Origin: Glaucostegus cemiculus
Lineage: Eukaryota
Direction: 5' to 3'
Assembly: GCA_976551045.1 (NCBI GenBank)
Contig: CDPCPM010000107.1
Span: 3,162,001 to 3,226,000, forward strand
Length of the DNA: 64,000 nt
The position numbers and the translations under genes are program-made. The notes beneath the pieces are model-generated. The model ran no database searches and had not been told where the DNA came from. It saw only the letters and a program-made list of their open reading frames with translations. Position 1 is the stretch's first letter. Each line of letters opens with the position of its first letter. Shown here piece after piece: positions 38,150 to 50,974 of the stretch.

Positions 38150-38590
38150 TACATCAAAGGAACATCAAATAGTTCTTGTCAATGTTTATTTTCCATTCTA
38201 ATTATCCTTCTCTACCCCATCTCTGTAATCTTCTACCCTCTTCTTGCTCATATCTGCTTCAAGGCACCTTTGTTATGGAGACTTGCTTAGCTGCCCAGGT
38301 GACAATAATCTCCATATTCTCACCACTATAGTGCAAAGAAATTTCTTGTAAACTTGATCTATTAGCTCTTATCTTTTAACAATGTCCCCTTGGTCTAAAG
38401 TCACCCCTAAGTGGAAGCAGCATTTCAACACCACTCTATCAAACCCCTTCAAAACATAATGACATCTATTATGTCTCAATTTAAGCTTTCTACCCAGAAA
38501 TAAACCTCAATTTGCTCAATCTGCACTGATGGTGGCATCCACTCAATCCTTGTAGCATGCTGTACATCTTTAAGGCTTTTGCCCAGTGCT
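38150..38590 (-). mobile_element. Old CR1-like 3' fragment
   Basis: TCTCCATATTCTCACCACT...GCAAAGAAATTTCTT...CTCTATCAAACCCCTTCA resembles the antisense CR1 3' pieces at 24200-24450 and 50300-50500. Confidence 0.5.
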
Positions 38591-40339
38591 TCAGCATTTA
38601 CTTTTCAGAAGGCAGTAGCATAATTATAAGCAGGTTTTTTGTTAAAATAATTTTCTTCACTGTTTCAATAATACAGGATGTCTTAACTGACAACTTATAG
38701 ACACGAGTACAGAATATTGAAGAAATTCTAGAAAGGAACTTCCAACCAATTGAAATTGACAATTTGTTCATGTTCACTTTTAATTTAAAATAAATGATAA
38801 AAGCATCTCCCTTCCATTGTCTGAAGACTGGCACATCATTTAATACATTTGGATATTGTATCCAACACAACCAGTAATGCAATAAGCACCAGAGCAATAC
38901 AGCTAGTAGTATTCGCTTCATACACAATCATCCAAACAGAATTTTCAGATTATTCACAAAAGAGATCTGCTTCCTTTATTGTATACATGTAACAATGGTA
39001 TAGCTGTCAGAGGGGTGCAGTAATTAGCAGATGGGATCTGCAATCAACTTTGTATGAACTGTTCAATCAGGGATAATTAGAGTAAAATGCCAGGACTTTA
39101 TTGCCTCATGTTGAAATCAAAAGGGCGTATGATATATGGAAGATTTGGAAGTATCACATTATACCTGAACTGACTATAGTGGCACACATGAGCAAAATAA
39201 AAAGGACGGAAGGAATGAAAGGCAACTTGCACATTTGCAACAGCCTTCTAATCCTTGCCCCAAGCCATACTGTGCAGTCAGGCTGTCTATTACAAGGCAA
39301 CAATTAGGCGGCCTAAGCAGAACACCTGGTACTCACAATCCTGAGCCTTCTGTGGCAGCTGACTGCAAACAACTCCCTGCAAGTGGTTGTGGCTCTCAAC
39401 ACTTGCTTGCCAGTCTGGAGATGATAAAGACCATTTTTCCTGCTCATGCTGCTTATAAAGCTATTTATCATATACACAATTTAAAAAAATCTTTTTTTCT
39501 CCCAGATTTACAAAAATTTCCTTCATGCAACTACCTAACAAAATGTATTCTCATATCTTTGTAATGAAGCATGTACCAATGTTTGTTTTGGAACAAACTT
39601 TAACAAAATCTGATTGTTAGAAGTGGACATCAAAGGAGTATTTGTGTTAAAATGATGATCATATTTTCACAGCAAACTTAAAGAACCTTGCTGTTACATT
39701 TCCAACTCTGGTGGAAGCTTTTACCTTCAACTACTTTGTATCTTCAAATTGCAAAGGGGTGTATCCCAGATGCTTATGCCATGATATTTATGTTGAGTCA
39801 CTGTTATCTCAGCCTATGAATTTACAATTTCTATTATGGATAACTTTTTACAACCTGCACAAACAGTAACCAATGTTGCTGCCATTTTCACAATTATATG
39901 CTATGTTTTTTTAAATATATACAATGGTTATAAATCATTGCATTCTTTACTCTGTTTTCTCTTCAGTCATATATTTTAATAGAGGTTAACCAAATTGCCT
40001 CAGCATGTTATACTAACTGATGAACTGTAAAATCAGTCCAGAATGTCCAATGAAAAATCCTCCCCATGTGCAGCTAGCACTTTTCTGTACCTCAAAATAA
40101 TAGGCAGTATTTCTGAATGGGAAAAAAGAGAAAGGGAAGATATCATTAGCACTTCAAAGCCCATCTTCCTGTAAGGTTAAAAAATGCATGATGCAGACTT
40201 TAATCTTTCTGAAAATCTATGCACAGATTGAGCAGAAATGCATTTTTCACATGAATGCTAATACATTCTAAGAGGACAGCCTTTTTACTGCAGAAGGCAG
40301 GGAATGTGATAGAGACCAAACACATTATCATGGCCTTTG

Positions 40340-40790
40340 AACTGTTTAAAATTGTATCAAAGTGAAAATGATAAATAATTAACTGCTGCTGTATCTTATC
40401 ACACAATGGCTTCAGACACATTCTTTTGAGTAGATTTCACATTAAAAAGTCTAGGAACTGAGAGAACGTGGGATTTTGGTAATTAACACAGCTGCATGAC
40501 TAACCAAAAAAAGCACAAATCGTTGTGTAGAGAAAAGACAGCGTGCAAAACCTATGTAGTGCTCTGAAAACAGACTGCTAGAGGCAATGCAATAGATGTG
40601 TAAAAGTTCATTAATTAAACTGTTCTCCTGAAACAGATGGAACTGGCTAGCTGGACTCTAATTACTCGTAGCAGGAGCAGAGGCTTGCAGTTCTTAATGA
40701 GGTTCAATAAAACAGCTAATTGCACATCAATCACAATTAAAAGAACCCTGTAAGAAGAGTTGAGTCATCCTGCAACAGGTCAGGAAATTT
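40340..40790. promoter_or_regulatory. Candidate conserved non-coding element / enhancer
   Basis: Dense TAATTA/TAATTG homeodomain sites with CAGCTG and CAGATG E-boxes and GATA sites in repeat-free sequence. Confidence 0.5.
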
Positions 40791-43469
40791 GATAAGAAAC
40801 CAACAGGCATAGCAAAACACAATAAAGATGCTTACACACATAATTTTATGCTGCAAAAGATCAAAATAATTAAATGTGTAATATATTGTAAAATATCACA
40901 ATGCATTCAATTTGTTCAGAATTAATATTTTTATGTTGACAATGTTCATCAACTTGCACTCAAGAGATAAATCCAACCCAAACTACCTAACCAGACTATA
41001 CAGCAAGCATCTGTAATCTGCAGAAAGAAATGCAATGATTTGCAAGCAAAATCATGAGAACCTGCAATAGTTGGTTAAGCGGTTATTTCTCCCTAGCAGC
41101 CAGGAAATAATGAATTATTTAGGAGAACCAAAACCGAAAAGAACCTCAGGTTTGAGAAGTTTAAATGGAGCAACAAATATTCTGCTGGATGAACAGAGTA
41201 GGTCGAGGTCTTTAAATGGAGGCCTTCCTCGTGTATATTGAAAAAAAAATTTGCATTCTCTTAGACAGGAATCCATTGGGACATAATCTTCACAATACAT
41301 ACTGCTGAAACATGACATGAACTTAAAAGTCTGCATGCAGGTTTTATTAGTAATCAAATGAAATGAGTCAAATTTTGTGTCAGTGATTGAAGAATACTTT
41401 TGCATTTTGTATGAAGCTAGACACCATATGCCATGCGGAGACTCCATTACTTTATTCTATGCTATCACTGTGAACCAGACACATTGGTAATCCCAATGGA
41501 AACACTGTCTCCTCACTGAGGTGAACAGCAAAATCTTGGGGATCTGTGAACATTAGATATTGTAACAATCCAGAGGCACAGCTGGTCAGCTGGTAGGAAG
41601 TGTCAAAGGTCAAAAAAGATATACTATTTCTGCATTTTGATTAATATTAACAGAGAATGGGAAATAAATGTAAAAAAATCAACTCTCTCAAGATCACAAG
41701 AACAAAATAGTGTGAAATATTATTGAAGGCAGCCAAAATGAGGTTTATCCTGATTCAGGAGGAAAGTTCAGGCTTTCAAAATCAATTACTTGCCACAATG
41801 GATCTCTTATATATAAACAGATGCAACGTGGTTTGCAAATGACCACCAATGCATGGACTTGAATGAACTTGTGATTGCTAGGGCTTTTACAGTCTCGGCC
41901 GAAATGGATTTGACTAAAATGTATCCATCTCTAAGGCAAAAATAAATTTGACTTTCCAATAAATGGAAGGCCTATATTGAACACTCTATTTTACATTATA
42001 CCAAGCTCTATTTTGTTTTAGAAATGAATATTTTGTTCTGGAAAAGTTCAGTTTGAATGATTTTAATGTGTTGTTTTTAAAACAGTATGTGTATATCCAA
42101 AAATTAACTACACAAATTTACCCAAAAAGATTGCAGTGCAATATCATTAAGATCCTCTACTTTAAATACAGGATATCCAAGGACATAATTAGTTATAAAA
42201 CACACATCTTTATGGGGTATTTCAAATATGGCATGCTATGTCTAAAGAACTCTTATTTTTTTCCATTACGGATGTGAAAGACAGATGTATTAGCAGAGGT
42301 AGTCACAATATAGTTGCTATTTATACTTCAGAACATTCTATCTTTAGAATGAAATGTACCTGACTTGAATCAGAGATCAGATTTTTAGGGTATGATAAAT
42401 TCTGAATCCGATTGGATTTCCAATTGGCAAGAATATTTTTCAAGGAGTCAACAACCTAGAAATAGCTGATCAAATGCTGGTTGCAGTAGGCACAGTAATT
42501 TGGATTTTAACCTCATCCTCCAGAAAATATTTGTGGTTGGAAGGGCAACTGGGGATTTGGGACCTTCTGAACATGAAGTTTGATTATCTCACCCCAATGA
42601 AATTTAAAGGATAAAAGAAACCTGATTTAAAACAAAAGGAATTATGGAAAAGCATTGGATGAATTACGGCTCAGTTAGATAGAATAAACAACCAGCAATA
42701 GGAAATGACAGGCAGGAGAAAGGTGATGATTAAAACAAAAGAATCAGAAGAAATAAGAAAAACTGATTTGAAATTTGCACAAAAAAGTGGCATTTCTATG
42801 CAGAACTTCCAGTTTTTACCTCCATAACCAGCTGGGACTCTCATGCACACATGCATAAATGCAGAATTTTAGAATTTCTATGTAGCTGATCAAAATTGTC
42901 ATTCCAAAAAAAAACTCACATTAGATTAGACCTGATGCATGTTGAAGAAATCCGTTCATCTCTATGGAGAGGAATGGCTGTGAGGGAGATAGGCAAGTTT
43001 CAACTAAATTACATAGTGTGATTAAACTATATTAATTTAATTGTTGGCATTTGTGTGTGTATCCTTATGTATTAGTTTTTTTCAATAATTTCTTTGATTT
43101 CTTAACAAATTAACTTTTTTTATACACTTAATCTTTCACAAGCATTCAAAAGGAATTCATGTAAAAAGACATGCATAACTGTGCATCTGGGAGATCCTAG
43201 AGTGCCACAATTTCATAGTGTATAATTTCAATCATGGGCTGGAATACCCTCCATTCTTTGAAAACCAGCAAGCTAGATACCAAATATAATTTACATTTAA
43301 GTAAAATCTGATGAAGAACAACATAGGACTATGTACATGCTAACAATGGAAGCCTTGTGCTAGAGAGTATTTGTACAAGAGATCATTAAAATTCTGAAGT
43401 CCTATCAGGTCTAATTGGAATGACAGTGAATAATTAAGGAACTCATACATTGTTGTACTTAGTCATGGT

Positions 43470-43950
43470 GACATATCAGATATGGGAGGAGCAATTTGCA
43501 TGAAAATTCCCTTCTTCAAATGAGAGAGTCCAGAAAATATGCATTAAAAAAGACTGAAGTGTCTGCAACCATCTTCTACCAGCTGTTCATCTCAGTCTCC
43601 TCCAAGGTTCCCACAAGCACAGATGTCTATCTACAAGATATAATACCAAGAAACAGCTGCATGTACAGGAAAGAGAAGTCTGCATGCCTTGACAATATCC
43701 TGGCTGTGGTGTTTAAGACTAGTGCTTCCAGTAGGTTGTTCCAGTACAAATACAACACTGTGATGAAACTAGCATCATGGAAATCCATATTGAATTTCTT
43801 GCTGATCCTCCAGCTTCCCTAAAAAATCTGCTATGTCACAATGACTAAAATCAACAATGTATCAGGACCAGATGGCATCCCAGTGGAGACTGTCATAGCG
43901 AGTGGAACAGCCCGAATGCAAAACTTCATCAACTTGTCAAAACAAGAGTT
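43470..43950. mobile_element. Possible RTE-like LINE remnant
   Basis: Plus-strand KINNVSGPDGIPVE near 43847-43890 resembles K..KAxGxDGIPAE at the start of the RT domain. The remainder is unclear. Confidence 0.35.
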
Positions 43951-44089
43951 AGAGGAAATTCAATAGCACCTAAAGAAGAAAAGCATTACTAATATCACCA
44001 AAATGAATATTGACTATTGAGCTTCATGTTGCACAATAAATCCAGGGGAAGTACCAAAGCAAAAGAAATAGTAGGAAATCATTTGGCCC

Positions 44090-45250
44090 CTAAAGTGTGT
44101 TCCATCATTCAATACATTCATAGGTAATCTTTTAATCACGTTACCACTTTCCTGCACCAATCGCACATCTCTCAGTTCCCCTATCTTTTGATTTTTCAGT
44201 GACAAAGCTTCCATAGCTTTCTTGGAAAAAGAATTCCTTCTGGGTGAAGAAATACCGTGACAACTAATTTGAAATGGTGATCTCTTACTTTGAGACTGTA
44301 AGCCTGGTTCTTGCCCTCCAGCTAAGAGGAGCACTGACCTTGCACCTACACTGTCGCGCCCTGAGAGAATTTTACACATTTCAATAAAATCAACTCTCAT
44401 TCTTTTTTTAAGTCTCCCTACTTGCTTAATCTCTTCCTGCATAACATCTCTCCCAATACAGGAGAGAGTCTCCGAACCGTTGTTGTACTCCCATCACAAA
44501 TATGTTTTTCCTTAGGTGAGAAAACCAGGCCTGTACACATTAGTCCACATGCTATCACACCAGGGTGTTGTATAATTCCAATAAGAGTTATCTGCTCTTG
44601 CACTTAAATTCTCTTACAATAATGGCCAGCATACCATTCATCTTCCCCACTGAATGCTGTACCTGCATTTTAACTTTAAGTGATTCATTTACAAGGATAC
44701 ACACCTTTCAATCTCTCACCATATAAAAAATAGTCTGCTTTTTTATTTGTTTTACCAAAATACTACCAATCTTGAGTTTTTCAACATTATATTCCATCTG
44801 CCACATCTTTACCTATTCACTTAGCTTGTCCATACTCACTGAAGCTTCTCTGCATCCTCCTCACAACCCACAGTGCCACCCAGCTTCAGCAAATATTATA
44901 TATAATATATATACACAGATTGTGAACAGGTGGAGCCCCAGCACCAATCCCTCTGACACCCCACCAGTCACAGACCCTCCAATCTGAAAATGACTGGTTT
45001 ATTCATACAAATTTCTGCCCATTGATCAACCCTCAATCCATGTCAGTAATTTTCTCCTAAGCCAATGTGCCCTATTGACTGCTTGTACACCACCTTTGCA
45101 AAGACCTCCTGAAAGCCCAAATACACAACCCTCACTTGTTTCCCCCCTTATCTAATCTGCTAATTCATAATCTCAAAAGGTTTGTGCAGATTTTTCAGAT
45201 ACTTTCACAAGTTCACGTCACTCCATTTAATCCTGTTATTATTGACCAAG
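44090..45250 (-). mobile_element. Old CR1 LINE RT/3' fragment
   Basis: ORF 44014-44442 has LKKRMRVDFIEMCKILSG.D (decayed RRMRGDLIEVYKIL.G.D). Antisense of VTGGVSEGLVLG (GVPQGSVLG) near 44940-44975. Confidence 0.8.
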
Positions 45251-45574
45251 TGCCATGCTACCAGTTCCTGGAACAAGTAATCTTCAACTACTTCATTAAC
45301 CTTTCCTTGTAATGTCAGAAGTGGGGACATCACTGAGGTTATCAAGCCGTTCAGATCTATTTGCATTTCCTAATAAACTGAAACAGCTCATATCTACACA
45401 TTACAGGACTTGGGCAATAATCAAGCATATCAAGGGACATACAATGTGCCAGGAAAAGCCTAACCAGGGAAGTACTATTGATATTTATTTGACAATCAAC
45501 AGTTTTGGGATCAACTCTGGTCAGCAAGTTCAGGGCACCAGCCAAATCAATGCCAAAACTACTAGGGCAAATAT

Positions 45575-45990
45575 CAGGACAGTTGGCGTTTTCTGTTGAG
45601 ATCCTTCATGTGGACTTGACCCACAAGGTCGACTGTCCATGTCCCCTCCACAGATTTAAATTAAATTAAATTTTATTTACAGCATAGTATCAGGCCCTTC
45701 TGGCCAATGAGTCCGCGCTGCCCATTTAAAACCCAAATTAACTTACCCGTACGTCTTTGAAATGTGGGAGGAAACCAGAGCACCCGAAGGAAACCCACGT
45801 AGACACGGAAGAACGTACAAACTCCTTACAGATAGTGGTGGCAATTGAACCCCAATCGCTGGCACTGTAATAGTGTCGCGCTAACCACTACGCTACTGTG
45901 CCGCTCACAGATGCTGCCTGACCCACTGAGTTCCTCCACTGCTTTTTGTGTTGCTCCAGATTCCAGCATCTGTATTCTCATGTCTCCAGA
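45575..45990. mobile_element. Short dispersed repeat (Penelope-associated type), split by a SINE
   Basis: GACCCACAAGGTCGACTGTCCATGTCCCCTCCACAGAT rejoins GCTGCCTGACCCACTGAGTTCCTCC...AGATTCCAGCATCTG once the SINE is removed. The family assignment is from memory. Confidence 0.55.
45656..45905 (-). mobile_element. Full-length tRNA-derived V-SINE (HE1-like), tail type A
   Basis: Collinear with 34205-34448. Tail TTGGCCAGAAGGGCCTGAT...AATAAAA(TTTAA)n; TSD CACAGAT at 45649-45655 and 45906-45912. Confidence 0.93.
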
Positions 45991-46269
45991 GCAAATCACA
46001 GGGTACATATCCTGCAGTTAATAGCTCATCACCAAACTTCACAAAGCTTCTCTACCACCAACTAGGTGCAACTAGTGAAGAACATGAAAATTAAATTTCA
46101 AAACTGAGAAATGCATGCTACTACTTTTGCTTTTGGAACTGAATCTTTTGCCTTGATATTGTAGTTTTTTAAAATATATCAATTATACTTTAGATACTCA
46201 TCTCCAAACAATTTTGGTGATTAGAAACAAAGATCTAAGGAAATGATACTTCTGAATAAGACCTGTACG

Positions 46270-46335
46270 ATTGGTTTGTAAGATAAGCTTTTCACTGGAC
46301 CTCGGTACGAGTGACAATAATATACCAATACCAAT
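46270..46335 (+). mobile_element. Extreme 3' tail of the LINE seen at 18600 and 13555
   Basis: AAGCTTTTCACTGGACCTCGGTACGAGTGACAATAATA(TACCAA)n. Confidence 0.7.
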
Positions 46336-46519
46336 CAACTTGCAAATTATTACGTGCTCATTCTTGCAATTTAAATGAAATTTATAGTCAACTTTCAGCT
46401 TCTATTTCAGATCCAATTAAGTCTATTTTTCTACTACCTAATAGTTTTTCTTCACAATGTTATTTTGATGTAATATTTTATTCTTATTCATGAGGACACT
46501 GGAAATGAGAAATGGCAAC

Positions 46520-47130
46520 TAACTCCAATAACAAAAAAATGGCAAATGCAGAGTTAGTGGAGCTGATGAATTGTTAGCCAGGCAAATGGCCAAAAGAGAG
46601 TTAAAGGATCTAGGAGAATTTGACACGCTCCCCCTTTCCCCCCTCCAAACCAAAGCAAGAAAGTTGATGGTCAGGATGAAGTTTAAAAAAGTAGGCTGTG
46701 ACTGAGTACAAATTTTGTTAATAACTGAAACCTTTGGGCTGGTGAGGTTGTCAATGTCAAAAGGCAGCTGTGTATAGTATGAGATTAAAAGCTGGAGGGG
46801 CACCAGGAAAGCTTAAGTGAAGAATTAAGTCTTATAAGATTTAAAGTTAATCAATACATAGCCTAAACATTGGCCACTTTTGAGGTGAGATTGCGTGAAT
46901 GAGGAAAAGGTGCTAAGCGTGACAAGAACTTAGTAATGAAGTCTATATAGTTATCATGTTTGTTTTACGTGGAATCAATCACCTCGTAGAAATTGGTTCA
47001 TGTTGAATTGGTTTACTAGGCAGCATACGATTAGAAACAAATGCACCTTGGAGTAAATCATGTTTGTGACCAGTGATGTAATTTGATCATGAATTTAATT
47101 TCTGCATCAAACACTTACAGGTTGTCATGT
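46520..47130. promoter_or_regulatory. Candidate conserved non-coding element
   Basis: Repeat-free. Tandem TGTCAATGTCA, CAGCTG, AATCAAT (ONECUT/PBX-like) and CACGT motifs with retained CpGs. Confidence 0.35.
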
Positions 47131-47479
47131 CCTGTGTACAGCTCCTTTTTAGAGTTGTGTAGGGGAACTTGGATCACATCGACCCAGCGCACTGGGTTGT
47201 AGGATACCATAAAAATTGTCATACCTGTGTAATGAAGTAAAAGTGCAAAATCCCTGGGCTCCTCCATGCCCCTGCTACATTATCATCCTCTGGCTGCATC
47301 CACCACAATCCACTGCCACCCACTTCCCCAGTGTATAGCTAACCTCCCACAGCCCTAATTCTCAAAGTACAGCAGATCCTTTATTCATTCTTCCTCTACA
47401 AATGCTACAGCTCCCTACTGGCCACCCAGATTTTGCCATCCTGCTAAATAGTGCACTGGAATTTCAAGGCAATAGTGGA

Positions 47480-47790
47480 ATGAATAGATGGGAAATTTAA
47501 AACAAAATCTGTGTCCAAGAATTTTCAGATGCTGGACCTGAACAGTCTCATTCAGGCTGTACTGAAGGAGATAGCTCACAGAGATTACTCTCAGTGGACA
47601 AGATAAAAGGATAATTATTGTAAGAAGTATGGGAAAGGCTGATCACATTGGTAGTTTGATAACTCACCAGCAGGTATAATGGTTGGCTTGGTACATGATT
47701 AAAATCTGAATCCAGAAGAAACTTAAGTATCAGATCAAGGAAGTGAAGTGTCTCGTCACAGAAAAGGAGGTGAAAATGCAGGACTATATT
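47480..47790 (+). mobile_element. Possible Gypsy LTR-retrotransposon RT remnant
   Basis: Allowing frameshifts, 47700-47760 reads LK-LNPEKLKYQIKEVKCL(G)H, like the LKLNxxKCxFxxxEVxYLGH RT C-terminal motif. Confidence 0.35.
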
Positions 47791-47924
47791 TGAGTGGATG
47801 TGGAAAGCAATAGGATTTGAAGGTCATGTGATATGCATGAGTTAAGGCACCCAGACCCAGATTTTTCAGCATTGAGCCATAACTCCAGATAAACTGCAGA
47901 AACACACTGCTGTACTTTGTTAGT

Positions 47925-48220
47925 TTCAAACTTCAAAGTCAAGTCTATTGTCATATGCAAAAGAACATGCATGTACAGGTGCAATGGAAAACTTACCTGC
48001 AGCAGCATTACAGGCACATAGTATTATATAAGCAGCATTCACAAGAAAATATAAATTAAAAGGTAAATTATGCACAATTTTTACCAAAAAAACCACAATT
48101 AGAACAAAAAATAAGTCTATTTTAGTACATACTGATCAGAGTGGTCATAGTGTTGCTAAATTGTAGTGGCGATTAGGATTTTCCCAGTTGATTCAAGAAC
48201 TGAATGGTTGTGTAGAAGTC
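47925..48220 (-). mobile_element. LINE 3' UTR/tail (second subfamily)
   Basis: Minus strand ends GCTGCTGCAGGTAAGTTTTCCATTGCACCTGTACATGCATG...GCATATGACAATAGACTTGACTTTGA, a LINE-type terminus. Confidence 0.6.
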
Positions 48221-50119
48221 TGTTAGGTAGAAGTGTCCCCAGCACTCTTGTACTTCATGTGTAAAAGTCAAAATGAATCATTTTGATTAGAAACATGCAA
48301 ATTTTCTAATAATCTTAAAAGGATTATCATTCTCACATTGCTGAGAGTCCTACAAGGCAGCCAGGTCTTTTGACCATCACACACAGCAGTGTCAATGCTA
48401 AAGCTTAGAAAGAAACCGCAGTTCTATTCTGCGATCTCATTTATCAGAAGGGTTGCAATAGAAATGGTGCAACATTAAACAAGGAACAAAAGAAAAAAAA
48501 AATCATAACTGGCAAAAACACCCATTATGTATACAAAAAAGATAGACAAAAGAATATCATGGTCAGTAGCCTGGGTGAAAAATAGAATATAGAATGAAAA
48601 TCCACAACATGGCTTCAAGTCCACAAAGCTGACTAACTGCCTCCATAAAACCATGTAATATCACCTAAAAGCTCTGCCTTGCGTGACTTATTACAGAAAA
48701 GAACAGATTAAAGCTATTGATTCTTGCCTGGAGATGGGTCTCAGCATCAGAACATGGGTAAACAGCACAAGCAGCTTGCTAAACTATTGATCCTTCTTGG
48801 CAGGGAACCAGCACTTCAAAAATGAAGGTCAGCACACTTTTATTAAAGTATTACTGGCTGGTGGAGTGCTCACTGGGGTGTACCAAAAGAAGTGTGAACC
48901 AAGACAGCCTCAGCTCTTGCCTAAAACTCCAGCAACCAACTTGTTAGGTACTGGTTTACAACATTTGACCCTGCAAGTGTATATGTCATGCTAAATCTTG
49001 AACTTTTCAATGGACAAGCAAACAAAGATACTGGGGATGGCAGCATAAGTCAAAATTATTGATTGTACTGCTTCTACCAATGAGTTAAAATGTCACAAAC
49101 TGCATATGGTGTAATCCTCTATTGGATCAGTTTCATACCTGGAATGTAATTGTTTCAGTCAGTGTCAGTTTTTATTTTAGTACACTGATTATCTGTCGGA
49201 ACACTCTATTTTAAAACCTAACAGTGTGATTGGCTTGATGTAGTAAAGTTAATAAAAATTTGGAAAAACTGTGCACCCCATGGTGAGGGTTTTGCACTGC
49301 TAGATGCTCAATCAAGCAACAGCACTGTCATCTATTCATGTTCTAGACATCATGTTCCCATTATTGTTTTAGTGCATGTTCCAAATATGAAACAACCAAA
49401 ATCAAAAGTATTATTATTTTTCTTTTTTATTAGCTGTGTTTCCTTTCTGAAAATTGTCCTCATCACTTCTGTAATGGAATCATGAAAGCGTTCATGCTCC
49501 CAACTATGATGGAGCAAAATTGCCCTCAATAATTGCCTACATTAAACCAGAGTGGTCAGTAACTGTGATGCTTTAAACTATTTACAATAATGCAGTGCTA
49601 TTACACTGCAAGGTCCTGATGATTCCTTTCATCAAGTACCAGCCATAATGTTGTCTGCATTCACTATGTAATATAAATAACAACTTCTATATAGTATCTT
49701 ACCATATTTCTCATATATTCTAAAGTACTAGTATGTAAAGTCTTTTTCCATTTTAAAATTTATTTCAGGGTCTTAAAAAATATCAATCATAGAAGACCAA
49801 GACCCATGCTGAACTGAATCCATCCTAAAAATCAACACTAAAACCACACTAAAAACCAGATAAGGCAAAGTTTTCTCAGACTGCTGGGAAAACTTAACAA
49901 TTCCATTTATACAGATCACAGTAGAAAATGTGAAACAAATTACAAATGAATTTCTGCAGTATGTTGGGACATTAATTTAGTTGGAGTATGGTAAGTGTGC
50001 CATTAACAACTGACTTAGATTCAATCAAAATTAAATTTACATTTATTGAAGATTTTATAGAATAGGGTTGGGACTGAACAATCCATAGTAAATGGTTAGG
50101 ATTGAATATTGAGGGTTCG

Positions 50120-50520
50120 AGTGTCAGAGAGTCAGAGTCACATTGCATAGAAACAGGCCCTTTAGCTTACCAGGTCCCTTCAGACCATCATGTATCATTT
50201 TATATGAATCCCATTTACCAGTACATGGCTCATAGCCTTTTATGCCTTGATGACTCAAGTGCTTATCCAGGTACTTTTCAAATGTTGTGAGAGTACCTGG
50301 CTCTGCCATCCAAGCAGTGCATTCCAGATTACAACAAAACTCAGATTGCAAAAGCTGCTTCTCAGATTTCCTCAGAACCTCATGCCGCTTACCCCAACTG
50401 TATGCTCTGTAGTTTTAGACATTGCTGCGATGGGGAAAAGTTTCATGATATCTATCCTATCTCTGCCCCTCATGATTTTGTATACCTCTTAGATCTCAGC
50501 CTCCTCTGGTCCAAGGGGAA
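50120..50520 (-). mobile_element. CR1 LINE 3' end fragment
   Basis: ORF 50124-50351 has AEPGTLTTFEKYLDKHL...GIKGY (CR1 ORF2 end: EAxTLxxFKxxLD), followed by a GGGCCTGTTTCTATGC tail. Confidence 0.8.
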
Positions 50521-50974
50521 AAATTCAGGGAATATGAAAGATGACATATTAGCCACTCCAATCAAATAAATGGTCCACTTGATCCCACATTCTGATAGTC
50601 TTCAAGAGTTATACATTAGCAGTGTAAGCAATGTGCCACCTAAAACAGGCATACAGCTGCTTTAATAAGCAAACCAGCTTCCCATCAACAATTGTAAGGA
50701 ATCTACTGCAAAGATTGAGCCCCAATTAGTTGAAGCTTGTGCCTTGCTTTCTTCCCATAGTAGAGGGACCTTAGTTGCTCTAACCAGTAATCCTTAGAGT
50801 TATCATAAAATACTGCTCAGAAGAGTTATGTTTTAGTGGAGTACGTCCTGCCCTTGAATAATGTGGGTTGGTGTTGGCTTCTGCTCTCCCACAGCCAGCA
50901 CCCTCACATTCAACTTCTCCTCCCATCACTGAGCTTTGCCCAAGGTCTCTATCCATCACACTGGTACCTCACTC

